64,000 bases of DNA from the human T2T-CHM13v2.0 reference genome, Homo sapiens: assembly GCF_009914755.1 (NCBI RefSeq), contig NC_060929.1; one strand, given 5' to 3'. Below the pieces are notes generated by a model. The model was given only the letters and a program-made list of their open reading frames with translations, was not told the DNA's origin and did not search any database. Position 1 is the stretch's first letter; each line of letters opens with the position of its first letter. This document shows positions 28,841 through 45,163 of this stretch, piece after piece. A program made the position numbers and the translations under genes.

Positions 28841-30061
28841 AAACTGTCTCCATATGTGGAATAATTGAATCAGTACCTTAGGCATATTTTTTCCTCTCTG
28901 TGTAGAAAATAAATTTCTAAGGAGAACAGTATTTAGCACTTGCTAAAGAATTTAGGATATATTTATAATATAAAGCGTATATATCATGGAAACAGAATTA
29001 CAGAAACATTAAAAATCATACAGTAATGAAATATGTTCTTTCTTAAACTGAATAGGCTAGTTCATAGGTTGGTGATGTAAATAAATTCTACATAATTTGT
29101 AATTTCTATCTTCATAATACATAGCCCTTTTCAGTATTTTATTAAAAATGTGTGTTTTTATTAACTTGTTAGAGTTAATGGATTGGAAACTAATACACCA
29201 AAGTGAGCAGAGAAGAATAACTCTTAATTTTCAGCCAGTGATGATATTTCAGTGAGAGAACTTTTATATGTGACACTTTTTAAAAATACGTGTGCTCTTT
29301 AATTGACTTATTGCAGTTTGAAGTAACTATTTTATTGAAATCTCCAAAAGGCAATTATATGTATTTATCATAAAGTACTCAGTACTCCCCACATTCATTT
29401 AATGAATACTTATTGAACACTTTGAACACTCACGTTAAGAAATATACACGTATACCTACATATATACCTACAATATACACAATATATTGATATTTACAAC
29501 CTACAAAACAACACACAAACATATTAATAAGCATAATTTTTGCTCTTAAAGTTTTACTACTGGAAAATTAGTAAAAATTATACAAACTAGAAGATTGCCT
29601 CATAATAAATAAATATTTTCTGTTAGAAAATCTGAATGTAAATGGAGTTTTCAGAACTAAAAATATTTGAATGGATTTTATTTTCAGATACAGCACATAC
29701 AAGGGCATTACGTGATAAATGCTAGGAAAGAGGTCTGGGGAAAATGGTTTAGTAGCCACTGAGGAGGTAGTAGTTAATTCAACTGAGAGTATTCAAGGAA
29801 TAAACATTGCCAGATGAGCTACAGACATGTTTTGTAAACTGACATAAATACTATTATGAATGCAATTTCAATTTTGACTTGTATATTTTCCTGTTGTCAC
29901 TAGTGTGGGGCTATTACAGCAGCATGAGGAACAACAACCATAATAATAACAAACATAATGTTGCTCAAACTAACTGGTTTCTTGGTTAAAGGAGTTTTTT
30001 TCTTACTGCTTATAACTAGAATCAGTTGAAGTAAGATTTCTCCTGTTGATCTCCATAGATA

Positions 30062-30939
30062 ATGTTTTTATAATAGATATTTTTTAGGGTAGTTTTAGGT
30101 TCACAGCAAAATTGAGAAGAACAGAGAGTTCTTACATACCCGTTTACCCACTAGTCCTACACGTGTACAGTTTCCTCCATTATCAACATCCCCAAAAAGA
30201 GTGGTACATTTGTTACAATTGATGAACTGCATTGACACAATCAATGTTTATAGTTTACCATTAGGGTTCACTCTTGGTGTTTTACATTCTATGAGTTTTG
30301 ATAAATATTTAACATGTATCTACAATCATAGTGTCATACAAACCATTTTCACTGCCCTAAAAATCCTCTGTATACCACCTTTTCATACCTCTCTCCTAAT
30401 TGCTGCTGGCAACCACTGAACTTTTTATTGTCTCTGAAATTTTGCCTTCTCCAGAATGTTATATATTCTAAGTCATATAATATGTCAATTTTTTAGATTG
30501 TCTTATTTTATGTAGCACTTTACATTTAGGGTTCCTCCTTGTCTTTTCACGGCTCGATAGATTATATTTTTTAGCATTGAATACTATTCCATTGTCTGAT
30601 TGTACTATAGTTTATTTATCCATTCATCCACTGAAGGATGTCCTGGTTGCTTCTAAGCATCCATAATTATGAATAGAGCCGCCATAAAAAACCATGTGCT
30701 GCTCGTTGTGTGAACATAAGCTTTCATCTCCTTTGCATAAATACCAAGAATTATGATTGGATCATATGGTAAGAGTAAGTTTAGTTTTTTAAGGAACTAC
30801 CGCATTGTCTTCCAAAGTGGCTATACCATTTCGCATTACCTCCAGCAATGAAGATTAGTTCCTGAGTCTTCATACATTAGCCAGAATTTGGTGGAGCCAG
30901 TGTTCTAGATTTTGCTCCTTCTAACAGGTGTGCAGTGGT
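30062..30939 (-). mobile_element. L1MC/MD-like 3' end
   Basis: gttttaggttcacagcaaaattgag…gtggtacatttgttacaattgatgaac…ttccaaagtggctataccattt; possible TSD remnant tccataga on both sides. Confidence 0.85.
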
Positions 30940-31318
30940 TCCATAGACTTTTAATTGAAAAGAATTCAGTACATCAGAAAATTAGGCTTCGTAGGTAGCT
31001 CTGCAAGCCAAAGGTGTTACTAGCAATGCAGCCTTCATCAGCTAAGCAAAATGCCAGTTTTGGGACGCCTTGAAAGAGATTTTGTATGAGCTATTAAGGG
31101 CATCAACTTTTAAAAAGAGGTTTTTTGCCTTTTTAAGTCAGTGAATATTTTACCATCTTAGATTGCTTTTCAATTATCTTTCGTTTCCTCCAGCTGACGA
31201 ATTTGTCTTTTAACATCCTACAATGTTGTCGATATAATGCTTCTATTTTTAATCTTAACAAACTTAACATTTCACTTTCTGATTAAAGTTTATATTTACA
31301 ATTACCTTCACTCTGCTT

Positions 31319-31321
<3 letters not shown>

Positions 31322-31362
<41 letters not shown>
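31322..31362. repeat. (TA)~20 microsatellite
   Basis: Pure TA run. Confidence 0.95.
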
Positions 31363-31365
<3 letters not shown>

Positions 31366-31742
31366 TTTGTTTAATAGGGAGAACACATAAGATTTTAAAT
31401 GTTATATCTGTCTTCAAAAAGATGGGTGTTTCAAACACTAATGGCAACTTTGTTTCTGTCCTGTATTTATTTTTCTCTGGTATCACTATAGTGTTTAAAT
31501 GTGCATTTACTTTAATTCAGTTTGCTTGGGCCATTTTAAAATCAACTTCTAAAAAATTGTTATTCATTTACTCTATCCTTACTTCCTCCTTTTCGTTTTC
31601 TTGACATTTGTATTCTGAGGTTTCTATTAAATGTATGTGGACCATCTAATACCATCCTTAATATCCCTTATACTTTCCATGTCACTCTTACTAAATTGCA
31701 TTACATGGTGATTGCCTAAAATTGTTTCTCCCAATTTACTGA

Positions 31743-32096
<354 letters not shown>

Positions 32097-33079
32097 CAGA
32101 ATATTAAATTCTAATTTCTAAGAGTTAGTAATTGTTTCAAATTGCTTTATAGTAATAAATAATTAGACTTCTGTTTGTTGGGTCAAGAGCCCTCAGTCAC
32201 CATAGGATATTGTCTCCTATCCTCATTTGCTTGTCATTTTAAATTGCGAGGCAGTATTTAGACAGATGTATTCTGCGGAAATTCCTATTTGCCAGGTCGA
32301 GGCTTGTATTTTCAGAGTGTCTTTTTTAATGCTTATAATAAGCATCCCAGGAATACCATCAGTTCTGGATTAACTTTTTGTTAATTTCACCCAAGTGGCT
32401 ACCAGACCAGGTAAGTAGTGTAAATGACAACCCCAAACACACAATAGGCACAAAGCCATAGTTTTTATATCCTTAAGATAAGCATTTTATTTTTTTCTCT
32501 AAGCAATCTGTTGAGAGCCGAGTTTGGAAATATATACACGTTTAAAAAATTTATTTCTACTTCCTATTTTTGTTTAATATGGAAGATGATTCAAGGGTAA
32601 ACCTTCATATTCAGCTTGAAATTCATCATAAAGACCCAAAGTCTTGCACTTAAGTGGGCATTAAAGCCCACTTAACCAAGCCTCTAGGTTACAAAGATGA
32701 ATATTTCCTCTCAGCTCCTCACTAAAGGAAGCCCAACATCAACTTTCCCACTTACCATCTTGCATGGCTTTTATCAATGGGAACATATTTGCTCTGTCTC
32801 AAAGTCTTTTCTGAACTGAAAACAGTATTTTGTGTAAAAAGACTGCGTTTATAAAAGTTTATAATAGGCATTATTTTCGTGTTAGTCTTCCACATCTCCA
32901 AAAATAGAGGTTATAATTTAATCAAGAAACATTTTTGCAAATTTTACTTTTGTCAACTGTGCTGGAAGGGCCTACTACTATAATTAAAAATATGCATCAT
33001 GAATTCAGTAAAATTTCTAAAAAAGGGACAAGCAAGGAATTTCTTCTCTTTTTATTACTGAAATTACCCCAAAGTAGAG

Positions 33080-33567
33080 TGGCTGAAACTACAAGGATTA
33101 CTGATAGATATAAAATCATTCCAAAAGAAATAAAAATACCATTATCCTACTCTTAATTCCTACAATACACAAGTCATAAAAAATCAGACTCCAAGTTTTT
33201 GGTGCTTAACTGTTGGGAGCTTTTAAGCCTCCTCCCTCCCATATTTTGCTTCTTCCTGACATCTGGTCAAACGGATAAGAAAGCTATGATGTTCTCTCGT
33301 TTAGCATCAGCTGGAAGTTCAAATAATACAAAAAAAATACTTCACCTTGGCCGCACTTTTTCATATCTATAGAAAATTTATTCTCCTTTCCCTACTCTCT
33401 CAAACCTTTTGGAAGTGTTTGGAAGCCTTCCTGCTCTCCCCAGAAAGCCTCGTTATGTAAGTGATGAGCGTTTTCAAATCCTTTCGTGTGTTTTGTATGG
33501 TATCGTGACATCAAAACCCAATCTGGGGTAGAAGTCTATATAGTTTCTGTGGGGTGGCTGCAAAACA
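33080..33567 (+). mobile_element. Old ERV LTR, family unresolved
   Basis: LTR-like composition ending …cctgctctccccagaaagcctcgttatgtaag…ctgtggggtggctgcaaaaca. Confidence 0.4.
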
Positions 33568-34059
33568 GCAGAATATTTATTTGGTAAAACACAGTTTATA
33601 AGATGTAAATGATTTTTAGAGCATTATTTCAATTACTATGAGTCTATGTTTTTACAAAAAAAAAATCAAGAGCTACTGTTTAAAACATATTTAAATAAAA
33701 AATGAAAGACCCGCTTGCATATTTTGCACAATGAAGAAATGTATTAAAGAATAGAAATATTAAAAGGTATTTTGTTATAATTTTGAAGTTCACATGACAT
33801 TTCAAGTTTTTTTTTACATAACAAAGGTATTTTTTGTCTATAGTATTTGGCGGCCACTAAATGGGAAACAGAATAATGATAGTGAAGACAAGGAAATATA
33901 ATATGATTTTCTCTACCTTTGAATTTGGATATGTACACTGTTCCTATGTTTAATATGACTTCTCTCCACATATATTAATAATGTTCCAAAGTTTTTATCT
34001 TCCCTCAAACCTATTTCTCTTTTGTTGAGGAAAGGATAAATAAAGCTGTTAATTCTGCC

Positions 34060-34487
34060 TGTGAGAGAGAGAAGGATGGGGGGGAGATTTTATGGAATTG
34101 GCTTATGTGAATGTGGGGGCTGCTAAATCCAAGATCTGTAGGGCAGTCAACAAGCTGGAAACCAAGAAAGGAGGTGACGCTGCAGTCGTGAGTCTGAAAT
34201 TCAATGAATCGATCAGGCTGAAACCTCTGGCAGCATTTGATGCCTCAGCCTTGAGGTAGACCACCTTCTCTGGGAAACCCATTTTTGCTCTTAAAGCCTT
34301 TAAATGATTGGATGAGGGCTACACACATTATCAATGGTAATCTTCTTTACTTAAAGTCAACTGATTGTATATCTTAACCATACCAGACCAACAAAATACC
34401 TTTGCAGCAACACATGATTAATTATTGATTACACAATCAGTACCATTACTAGTACAACCTAGACAAGTTGACACATAAACCATCACA
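34060..34487 (-). mobile_element. MLT2B-like LTR
   Basis: ggaattggcttatgtga…gattggatgagggctacacacattat…ttaaagtcaactgattgt…caagttgacacataaaccatcaca. Confidence 0.8.
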
Positions 34488-34689
34488 GATGGACTAAGAT
34501 TAGGTACTACATAATTATGAAATTGTACGTACACTACTTTAAGAGCCATTGAGTTTTAACTTCTTGAGTAAAGTAATGCAAAGCAAAGTAACTGTGGTTT
34601 TTATCTTTTCCCTTTGTTTTTAAAATCTTACTGAACTTTAAAGGTCACCTAGAAACTGTTAAATATATCAAGTATGGGCAAGAATATGA

Positions 34690-35000
34690 AGCAGAAGGGA
34701 TGCTGTACACTGCTGGTGGGAATGTAAAATGCTATAATGATTTTGGAAAACAATTTAATATTATCTGACACATTTGAAAATGTGCAAATCCATGATATAG
34801 CAATTTTCACCTCTAGAGAATCCTTGCATATATATACTGTTTTATATCATTATGTTGGGAGACAAAAGGAATTACAGCAAATATAAATGAAAAAATAGAT
34901 ATACTTATATAATAAAATACTTACATACTTATGTAATAAAATACTATGCAATATGAAGTTGAATGTTCTATAGTTTCCTGCATTGATGTGGCTGAACTCC
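34690..35000 (+). mobile_element. L1ME-like 3' fragment
   Basis: tacactgctggtgggaatgtaaaatg…ttttggaaaacaattt…gcaattttcacctctag. Confidence 0.6.
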
Positions 35001-35336
35001 ACCACCAGATTATTTGCAGAATGAACCCATTTAAACAAAATTTCTTCAAAATTACACATAAGAGTGAAATAAATACCTCAAGGAATTAAAAAAATAAGAA
35101 TAATAATTACATCTAAAAGAGAGGATTATAATTCAATTGAGAAATAGTATATAGAAAGTGTAAAATGTATTGATTTTCTATCTTAAACCTGAGTTTGAGT
35201 ATATGTTTGCTTAATTTGTGATCCTTATTATGTATATTACATATTATTATTATATCCTTTTGGGTAAAGTTAATATATTTCATAATAGTAATCATCAAAC
35301 ATTTAGCATTTAAGTTTATTTTACAAAAGCTTTTTC

Positions 35337-36783
<1,447 letters not shown>

Positions 36784-37170
36784 CTTTTTCAAGATATGTA
36801 AGATGCTAAAGTAGATTTTGACTGAAAAGGGCTAAACAAAATTATATAGAGCAACATAATTCTAATTAGGTTAGATATTTACATAATTGTGGCATGCATA
36901 TGGGAATAATATTATAGTCATTATGTTGGAATTTTCAGTGATTATCTTTCAAGGATATGATGATAGATGGCATTTATATATTTTATTTTCTGCAATTTCA
37001 GTTTCTTTTGAATGCATCCTTGCACATATTACTGTTTATACATTTTTAGACTATTAATCCGTATATCATACCCAATTAAATCTCATATATAAGACATAAT
37101 AATAGAGGGAGCTTCTTTCATAAACTACATGTTTAAATCTTAATAGACTAAAAGATACTACTCCAGTATA

Positions 37171-37768
37171 CAGTTATGTGCTGCTTAATGACAGAGATAT
37201 ATTCTGAGAAATGTATCATTAGGCAATTTCATCATCATGGAAATATCATAGAATTTACTTATGTGAACTTAGATGGTATAGCCCACTACATACCTAGGCT
37301 ATGTGTTACAGCCTATTGCTCCTAGGCTACAAACCTGTACAGCATGTTACTGTACTGAATACTGCAGACAATACTGTAATACAATGGTAAGTACTTGTGT
37401 ATATAAACATACCTAAACATAGAAAAGGCACAGCAAAATAAGATTAAAAATTGCACACCTGTATAGAACACTCACCATGAATGGAGCTTGCAGTTCCTGA
37501 AGTTGCTCTGGGTGTCAGGAATGAATGATAAGTAAATGTGAAGGCCTGAGACATTACTGTACATGATGTAGACTTTATAAACACTGTACACTTATGGGAC
37601 ATTCAATTTGTAAACAGAAACAAAAAAAATTAAATGTATAAAAAATAAAGTAATTGTGCTATGACATCACTGGATTATAGGATTTTTCAGCTTCATTATA
37701 ATCTTATGGGACCACTGTCCTATATGCGGACCTTGTTGACCAAAATATTGTTATGCCATGCATGACTG
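37171..37768 (+). mobile_element. Tigger3 (Tigger3c/MER7-like) non-autonomous DNA transposon
   Basis: Terminal inverted repeats cagttatgtgctgcttaatgac / gttatgccatgcatgactg; TA before, CA (decayed TA) after; about 600 bp. Confidence 0.88.
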
Positions 37769-38268
37769 CATTTACATGAAATGATTTTCAAAGAACTGAT
37801 TTACATAAAAGACTACATACAATTCTTTAGTGTGGTCTATATTATGTGAGGAATCAATTTGAACATTATTAGAATTAATTACACTCATGCTATCTACTCT
37901 ATATTTTTCCCCATTCAAATACTTAATACTCTAATGATCACAATTAGATCAGTGAATGCAGAGGTGAACAATGCTAGAGACCAAACTGCTTTACAACCTA
38001 GCTTGTGACATACTATAATAAACTCAAATCATGCTTGATGAATAAGAAAGATGAGTGATACCCTTACAGTCCTTTTTCAGAGAAAATTTTAAATGCTTAC
38101 TTTGTTAGAGATGAAAAAATAGTCAAATGAGAATTTAATGGACGTACTGTAAAACCAAGTGGCCTGTTTTAGTATAGATTTTATTACATTTTATGGAACT
38201 AGGAGTAAAGACAACAGCCTGCAATTTAACTATTTGTTTTAAATATCATAAACTTGCATAGATTTTCT

Positions 38269-38582
38269 TTTCTTTTCTTGTCTTTTTTTTTTTTTTTTTT
38301 TGAGATGGAGTCTCGCTTTGTTGCCAGTCTGGAGTGCAGTGGTGCGATCTCAGCTCACTGCAACTTCTGCTCCCGGGTTCAAGCGAATCTCCTGCCTCAG
38401 CCTGTAGCTGAGACTACAGGCATACCCCACCACACCTGGTTTTTTTTTTTTTTTTTTTTTTTTTAGTAGAGGTGGGGTTTCACCATGTTGGCCAGGATGT
38501 TCTCAATCTCTTGACCTTGTGATCTGCCTGCCTCAGCCTCCTGAAGTGCTGGGATTACAGGGGTGTGCCACCACACCCAGCC
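38269..38582 (-). mobile_element. AluSc
   Basis: Sc-type tgttgccag and atctcttgacc; 18-bp TSD aacttgcatagattttct / aacttacataaattttct. Confidence 0.92.
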
Positions 38583-40282
38583 AACTTACATAAATTTTCT
38601 AACAGCCAAGTCTTCAGAAAATATTCTACCACCAGGTTGAGGGGCATATGCAATGTTTTGCTAATTCTTTTAAAGCAAGTAGCTGTATTTTGAGATAGTT
38701 TATAAAAGACCAGAAATGCCTAAACAATAATGTAAGATAAATTATTCAAAGTTCGTTGAAGGCAAAAAAAAAAACTGTGTAATAAAATTAATTCTGATGA
38801 GCCTACAGTTACATCATTTGAGTATTGAGACTGAGGTGACTAATTTTGAGTGCAGACTTTTAAATATATTTAAGAAATTTTAGTTATATTTTATTCATTA
38901 AGGCATATAAATTGTCAGTTGCTATTTTGAGAAAGTTATCACAACTTTATCTGTTTCTATCACGAGTTATGTGGTAGCAGACAAAAGTATATTTTTACTT
39001 ATGAATATAGAATAATTTTATGCTTATTCTCTGTCAAGTCTAACAATATAATCCTATATAAAATATAAAATATAGGGATCTTATAAAGAACATATTCTAG
39101 AAATAAATATAAATAAATAATATGATACATTCCTTTCATAAAATGCTTTTAAATATATGCTTATCTGTATTTTAGAAATATATATCTTCACACAGTCCAG
39201 GCTCAACCTAAAATATTAAATAAAGTCAAATATGGGCAGGCTTATCTGGATAAGAATATATAATATTTAAAAAAATAAATTGATTTATTTAGCAGACCAA
39301 ATTTTAGAAGCTATAGTTCTACTTTACCAACAAGAAAAAATGTTAGAGGGAAATATTTCATTAAAAACTGCAGAAGGTAGATATCATTTCAGGATTGATT
39401 CTGATACTGGAAAAAAACAAAACCTCTTTTTTTAAGCCAAAAATACTGCTTCTAAACACTTTAATAACTTGGTGTATTTTAATAGAGTAAGAGGAGAAAA
39501 TATTTCTGTGAAATTATCAATAAAATATCTACTAGTTCAAATGGTGTAAAATGTTATATGAAAAGTTTACCCAATAAATATACTAATTCAAGATTAATTC
39601 AAGATAGTCTAGAATGTATCCTAGCTTAAACTTTACACCATTGTATTTTAGTATTATAAAACTCATTTATAGTGATAGATTGAATTAACACCTATGTTGT
39701 TTTTATTTTAAAACACTATATTTTATTCTCCTCTTTCTCTAAATAACAAAACCAGGGGAAACAAAATGAGGTTTCTTATTTCCCAAATCATTAGTTTGTA
39801 TTTATTCAGTGACAACAGTAGAAAAAATAATGTTGAAGTCCAAAGGAAATTAACTGCCTTTGGGACAAGTTCCAGATTTTAGTGATGAGAAGTTTTTAAT
39901 AATCATTTTAGTATTTTATTCAACAAAGATATACCGAGCACACCAAAAATCCACACTAATTCTGAGTATGCGTAAGTGGATAAAACATAGTCCTAAACAA
40001 TAGGAAGTTTAAGGGCAAGTAATGAAGATAAAATGTAGAAATGTGTTGGGTTTGAATTGCCAGTTGTTAAAAGATTGTTCATTACGTGTTTCTCACATCA
40101 TTTTTTTTTAACTTTTATATTCCAAGGGACACTTTTATTCTCCCAGTGAACATTAAAGTTGAAACAAACATTCAATGGATACCTCAATTTAATAAGGAAA
40201 TGGAGTTATTCTTAGCAGCATTTTACCCTCTAAAACCTAGAGAAGGAGTGAGAGAAGATGGTAGCAATTAGAAATAAAAATG

Positions 40283-40577
40283 GGCCACGCACCTGTAATC
40301 CCAGCACTTTGGAAGGCTGAGGGGGAAGAATCGCTTGATGTCAGAAGTTAGAAACAAGTCTGGTAAACATACTGAGACTCCATCTCTGTCAAAAAATAAA
40401 ACAAAATTAACCGGGCCAGTGGTATACGCATGTAGGCATGTACCAGCTACTCAGAAGGCTGAAGCAGAGGATCACTTGAGCCCAGAAGTTTGAGAGTGCA
40501 GTGGGCTATGATCGTACTCTGTACTCCAGCCTGGGCAACAGAGTAAGACCTTCTCTCAAAAAACAAAAACAAACAAA
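40283..40577 (+). mobile_element. AluJ (diverged, small 5' deletion)
   Basis: cctgtaatcccagcactttgg…gaggatcacttgagcccagaagtttgag…ctccagcctgggcaacagag. Confidence 0.88.
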
Positions 40578-40855
40578 TATATGTGTGTGTGTGTGTGTGT
40601 GTGTGTATACACATATATACTTACATATATACATATATACTTACATATATACATACATATGTACATACATACACATATAGACATACACATATATACATAT
40701 GTACATACATAAATATATACATACATACACATATATACGTATATGTATACATACATATATACACACGTATATGTACATATGTATATATACATATACATAT
40801 ATACACATATATGCTTCCAAATATACATATATATATACACACACACATATATATT
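40578..40855. repeat. (TG)n followed by degenerate (CATA/TA)n simple repeat
   Basis: Visible directly; continuous with the Alu tail. Confidence 0.92.
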
Positions 40856-41249
40856 TGGATGGACAGTCATGAAGTACGAAAACTGGGAGAGAGGAGAGAT
40901 CATCTGGATATAGAGAAGAGGAAAGCGAGGGCAATAGTCTTGGGATTTCACAGCGGTTAATCTTCTATTCACTATTCTTGATCATTTGCAAATCCCAACT
41001 TAGACAATATCATAGGCCACAGATGCCCTGTATGGGGATTGTGAGCAGAAAGAGAGAACCTAGGCCCCTAAGCAGATTAGACGATATTCAGTGGCGGAAG
41101 TTGCTTTGTGAGCTGAGAGACTGATAGTCATACCACCCTTGTTTTCCTACAGGTGTGTTACAGTGATTTGCCCAGTGATAAAATAGAGGCATGTGTGAGG
41201 AACTCAACTGAAGCAAAGATGTGAGTGGTTACTCCTACCTGATAGAGAT

Positions 41250-41700
41250 GAAGGATGTCAGGGATGACTTAACAAAAGAAAATGCTTTCACTGTATTTTA
41301 TGAATCGTTTGAGAAATGTTTATTTTAAAAGGAACTATTTTACTAAGGCATGGGGATTGGGTAACGAATTACATCAGGTAGTGCAGGATCCTGGGGCTAG
41401 TAAAAGCAGGATTGTGTAAACTTTCTGAAAGGGATAAGAGGAGAGAGAAACGGCTAAAACTCAGAAGAGGGAAATTATGAAGTGGCTACTTGAATAAGAC
41501 CAGTGACTTCTACAGAAGGGATCACAGAAAGGAAAACTCCATACCTATTGTCAGGCCTCTCCCTGACCACATTCAATGAAAAGATCGAAGTTAGAGAAGA
41601 CAGCTAGGGTGTTCATAGAGGTCGACCTTCTGAAATAACATGGCAGAGAAAAGTGGACACTGGCTCTTTAGGGGCAAATAAAAAAACATCTATGCCAACC
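41250..41700 (-). mobile_element. LTR33-like ERVL LTR
   Basis: ctggggctagtaa…catagaggtcgaccttctg…aggggcaaataaaaaaacatcta resembles LTR33; diverged. Confidence 0.5.
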
Positions 41701-43126
41701 TCCTGTTTTTATTGGGCTGGATTTTAAAGGAATCTGAATCTCAGGTAGACTCAGCTTTCATCAGGATAATGATGAGCTTAACTGTGGAACTGGACATATA
41801 AGATTATGAAATCATGAAAATGTATTCTATTCTCTGTAAATTGTATGTTTTAGGTGCTTTCAAGCATAGGGATTATACTTAAAAGCTGAGGCTCTCCGCT
41901 CAGCCTTCCAAAGTGCTGGGATTACAGGTGCTAGTATAAGGATTAAGTATAAGAATTAGATGGGAATATATATTTTTTGAGGGAAGGCATAATACTTATC
42001 ATTAAGCCTGAGCCTATACAGGTGTGCACTACCACCCTGTCCGTCTCCTCTGCAAACACATATGCTCTACTGTCCCATTAGCTATCATTTATAAAACACA
42101 AATTCCAAGGTGAGACAATAAAGAATTCTAGTTGGGATAGCAGAGCATTAAGCCAAGTACAGGGTCCCTTTTGAGGGTGAGGCCCTACATAAGTTTACAG
42201 ATTGCAAACCTGTGAAGCTGGCCCTGACAGTATGTGACAGTGTCTGAGTCTGACAAGGAAAAAAGTAGGTCTTAGAAATCTGTGTATATTCTCCAACTAA
42301 AACCTCATGTTTGGGGGTGTGGGAAAAGTGCAGCAAGGATTCAAAGAACTGGAGGTCTCAAGTAAGCTGAAGAACAGGCTCATAAGGGTCTGGCGAAAAG
42401 AAAAACCTAAACTGATTAAACTTTGTAGTATTTGACTACAGTTCCTATGTGAGTCAGATTTAGATGTCATTATTTCAAAGAGAGTGTAGTAGAAGGTGAA
42501 GTCAAAAAATGATCTGTGACTAGAGGCAACGGAGGGAAATACAGCATAATGACCACTGGTATTCAAGAGATGTGTGCAGTTGAGGAGGTTGGAGGACTGA
42601 GGAGGAGGTGAAGAAATGATCGCTGAGATCAAGGAGACTTGCAGAAGGGGTTACCATCAAGGTTTCTGGACTGACCTAGCTGGGAACTGGTTTAGGAATA
42701 GCAAATAAGACAACAATTCAGGAGCCACATTTCTTTATAAATTCAGGAGTAGGTCCAGCTTTCAAATTCAGGTTGAGGAAAAAGATCTCACGACCTACTG
42801 AAAAAAAATTTGTATAAGATTATAAATGATTAAATACAGCTACTAGGATGTAAATAAAACCTCTTGATTCTATGATCTGGGAGATCTGGGACAATTATTA
42901 GCCTATATTATGAAGGACAACTAGAGGTGTAGTATCTTGGACAGATTCCAAATTTTAATTATGGCCACGAGGTGAAGTGCAAGTGTTTTGAAAGAGTTGC
43001 AGGTTTACTAAAGTTTAATAATAAGTGCTGTATCTTGAAATACCCTACCTATCATTTAGAACCTGTGCTATGAAAAGTTTTTCTTTCGTCTCATTTTATC
43101 ACCATGAAAACTTACTTTTTCATCTC

Positions 43127-43686
43127 TGTGGTGAAAAAATACTACCATGCTCCATGATCTCACATCCTGGTTTCCACACCTTTGGTGATCCCTTCTCTTT
43201 GAGTGAGGGCAGAGTAAGGATTTTGCTTTAGATATAGTACAGCGAAGGTGATGGGATGTCATTTCTGTGATAATGTTACATACAATTGTAAGCAATATTT
43301 CTGAGGAGATTTACTCTCCCCTGTTGGCCTTTGGGAAGCTAAAAGTCATCTCGGGGTGGCTCACATGGCAAGAACCTGAGGGCAGACTCTAGGCAACTGC
43401 TCAACTGCAAAAAAACTAAGGCCCTAAACCAAAGAGCCCACAAGGAAATGAATGATGCTGACCACATTGTGAACTTAGAATTGGAATCTTCCCTGGTCGA
43501 GCCTCAGATGAAAATGAAGCTCTCACCAATATCTTGATTGCAGCTTTCTGACACTCTGCAGCAAAGGACCCAGCTATGTCATGCCCTGACTCCTGACCCA
43601 CAGAAACTGTGAGGCAATAACTTTGTATTTTTTTAACATGCTAAGTCCATGGTAACACTGCTAAGGGAAAATAGGCAATAATGACA
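43127..43686 (+). mobile_element. MLT1E-like solo LTR
   Basis: tgtggt…gtcgagcctcagatga…ctcctgacccacagaaactgtgag…aatgaca; perfect TSD ATCTC at 43122-43126 and 43687-43691. Confidence 0.87.
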
Positions 43687-45163
43687 ATCTCAGAATCTCA
43701 TTTTCCTAAATTATATGTTTGGCAAAAGTCTATTTTTTCACATTAAACTGTTTGCAGAGATAAAGAGGAATACTTGAGTATTTGTTGATTTAGTCATTGA
43801 AAATAAAGTATATCTGGAAATGAAGACATTTTCTTGTCTTACATAATCTAGGTACATTAAATATTATAAATGCTTGGCCCACAGAAAGTACCAGATGGGA
43901 ATCAAACCAGAGATTGCCCCATCAGTCAACTTGAAATGACAAAAATAAACATATGTTTTAGTCACATATTTAAATGTCTTGCCTGCCTCACCAAGATAAT
44001 TTGAAACTAAAATAAAATTTTTATAACAACTACATATTAAATAGACAAAAATTTTGTGCTTGCTATTTCAATCATTGTAGGAACAAAGATAAAAACATTA
44101 CACAAAGATTAATCAGCTTGATGAATCCTCTGCTTTGAATGGATATCTCTGCTTTGACATTAATAGGACAATTCATAAATGCCACGCACATGTCCTAATT
44201 CATTGATCTATTATTTAGAAAATAATTTTATATTTCAATAGATGTAAAATCAATCTATTCTTAAAGAATAACTTAGGGTGAATACAATCTGAAAAAAAGC
44301 TCTGAAGTTAATTTTTAGTTGTATTTGTAGCTAAGTATAATTATGTTCAGCCATTTCTTCATCTATTGTGCTTATTAATATGTTTTCGGAACATAGCTAT
44401 TAACTGTTTTCAGATATTTTTTCACTTGGTGTAACTACAGAGATGTCATATGTAATTTGATAAGTCTAATTTTAAAACATACCATGTACAATGATTAATA
44501 GATCATTGAAATATTTAAGTAAAATAAAGAGTATGTATAAATGAGTGGCATTTGTTAAAAAGGAGTTTTTTCTTAACTATAAGTAACACGAAAACTTTGA
44601 CAAATTGTACATAATCTTCTTTCAGATAGCTTCAGAAGAGAAAATAAAAAGATGAAGAAATAAAATATTAGAAATGTCAAGCTTGTCCGAAAATATTAAC
44701 TGTGCACCCAGTGTTTCTGGCATAGAAGAGAGGGTTCAACTTTTGCCTAGGAAGGAGAAAATAAAAGCCATCCCAAGAAAGATGGGTATTAGATCCTGGA
44801 ATTAGTTGGCGATGATCACATGCAACTCTTGTTCAGCAAAGAGGGGACAAGATGTAACTCACCACAAGTGAAGCAGGTTGCACAAAGAAAAAAAAATGTA
44901 ATGCATATGGTTGAATTTGGGCATATTTTGTACAGTAGAAGTTAAGTGGATTATTCTTTCTTTTGATGCTCTCCTATACTCGTATCTATTACCCGAGAGG
45001 CATGGAAAGTAGAGATGTAACAATGAACATTACTTATGAAATCTCTCCCTTTGTGTAGACTACAGTAGAGAAAGGAGATACAAATTTCAACAAGTAATGG
45101 CAATGAAGAATAATGCATATTAGAAAAGTGGAAATGGAGAGATCTATAGAAATAGAATACATG

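Noticed and set aside
40556-40972. Four overlapping ORFs of 75-138 aa
   Set aside because: Translations of a (TG)/(CATA)/(TA) simple repeat that happens to lack stops; the same applies at 49541-49770
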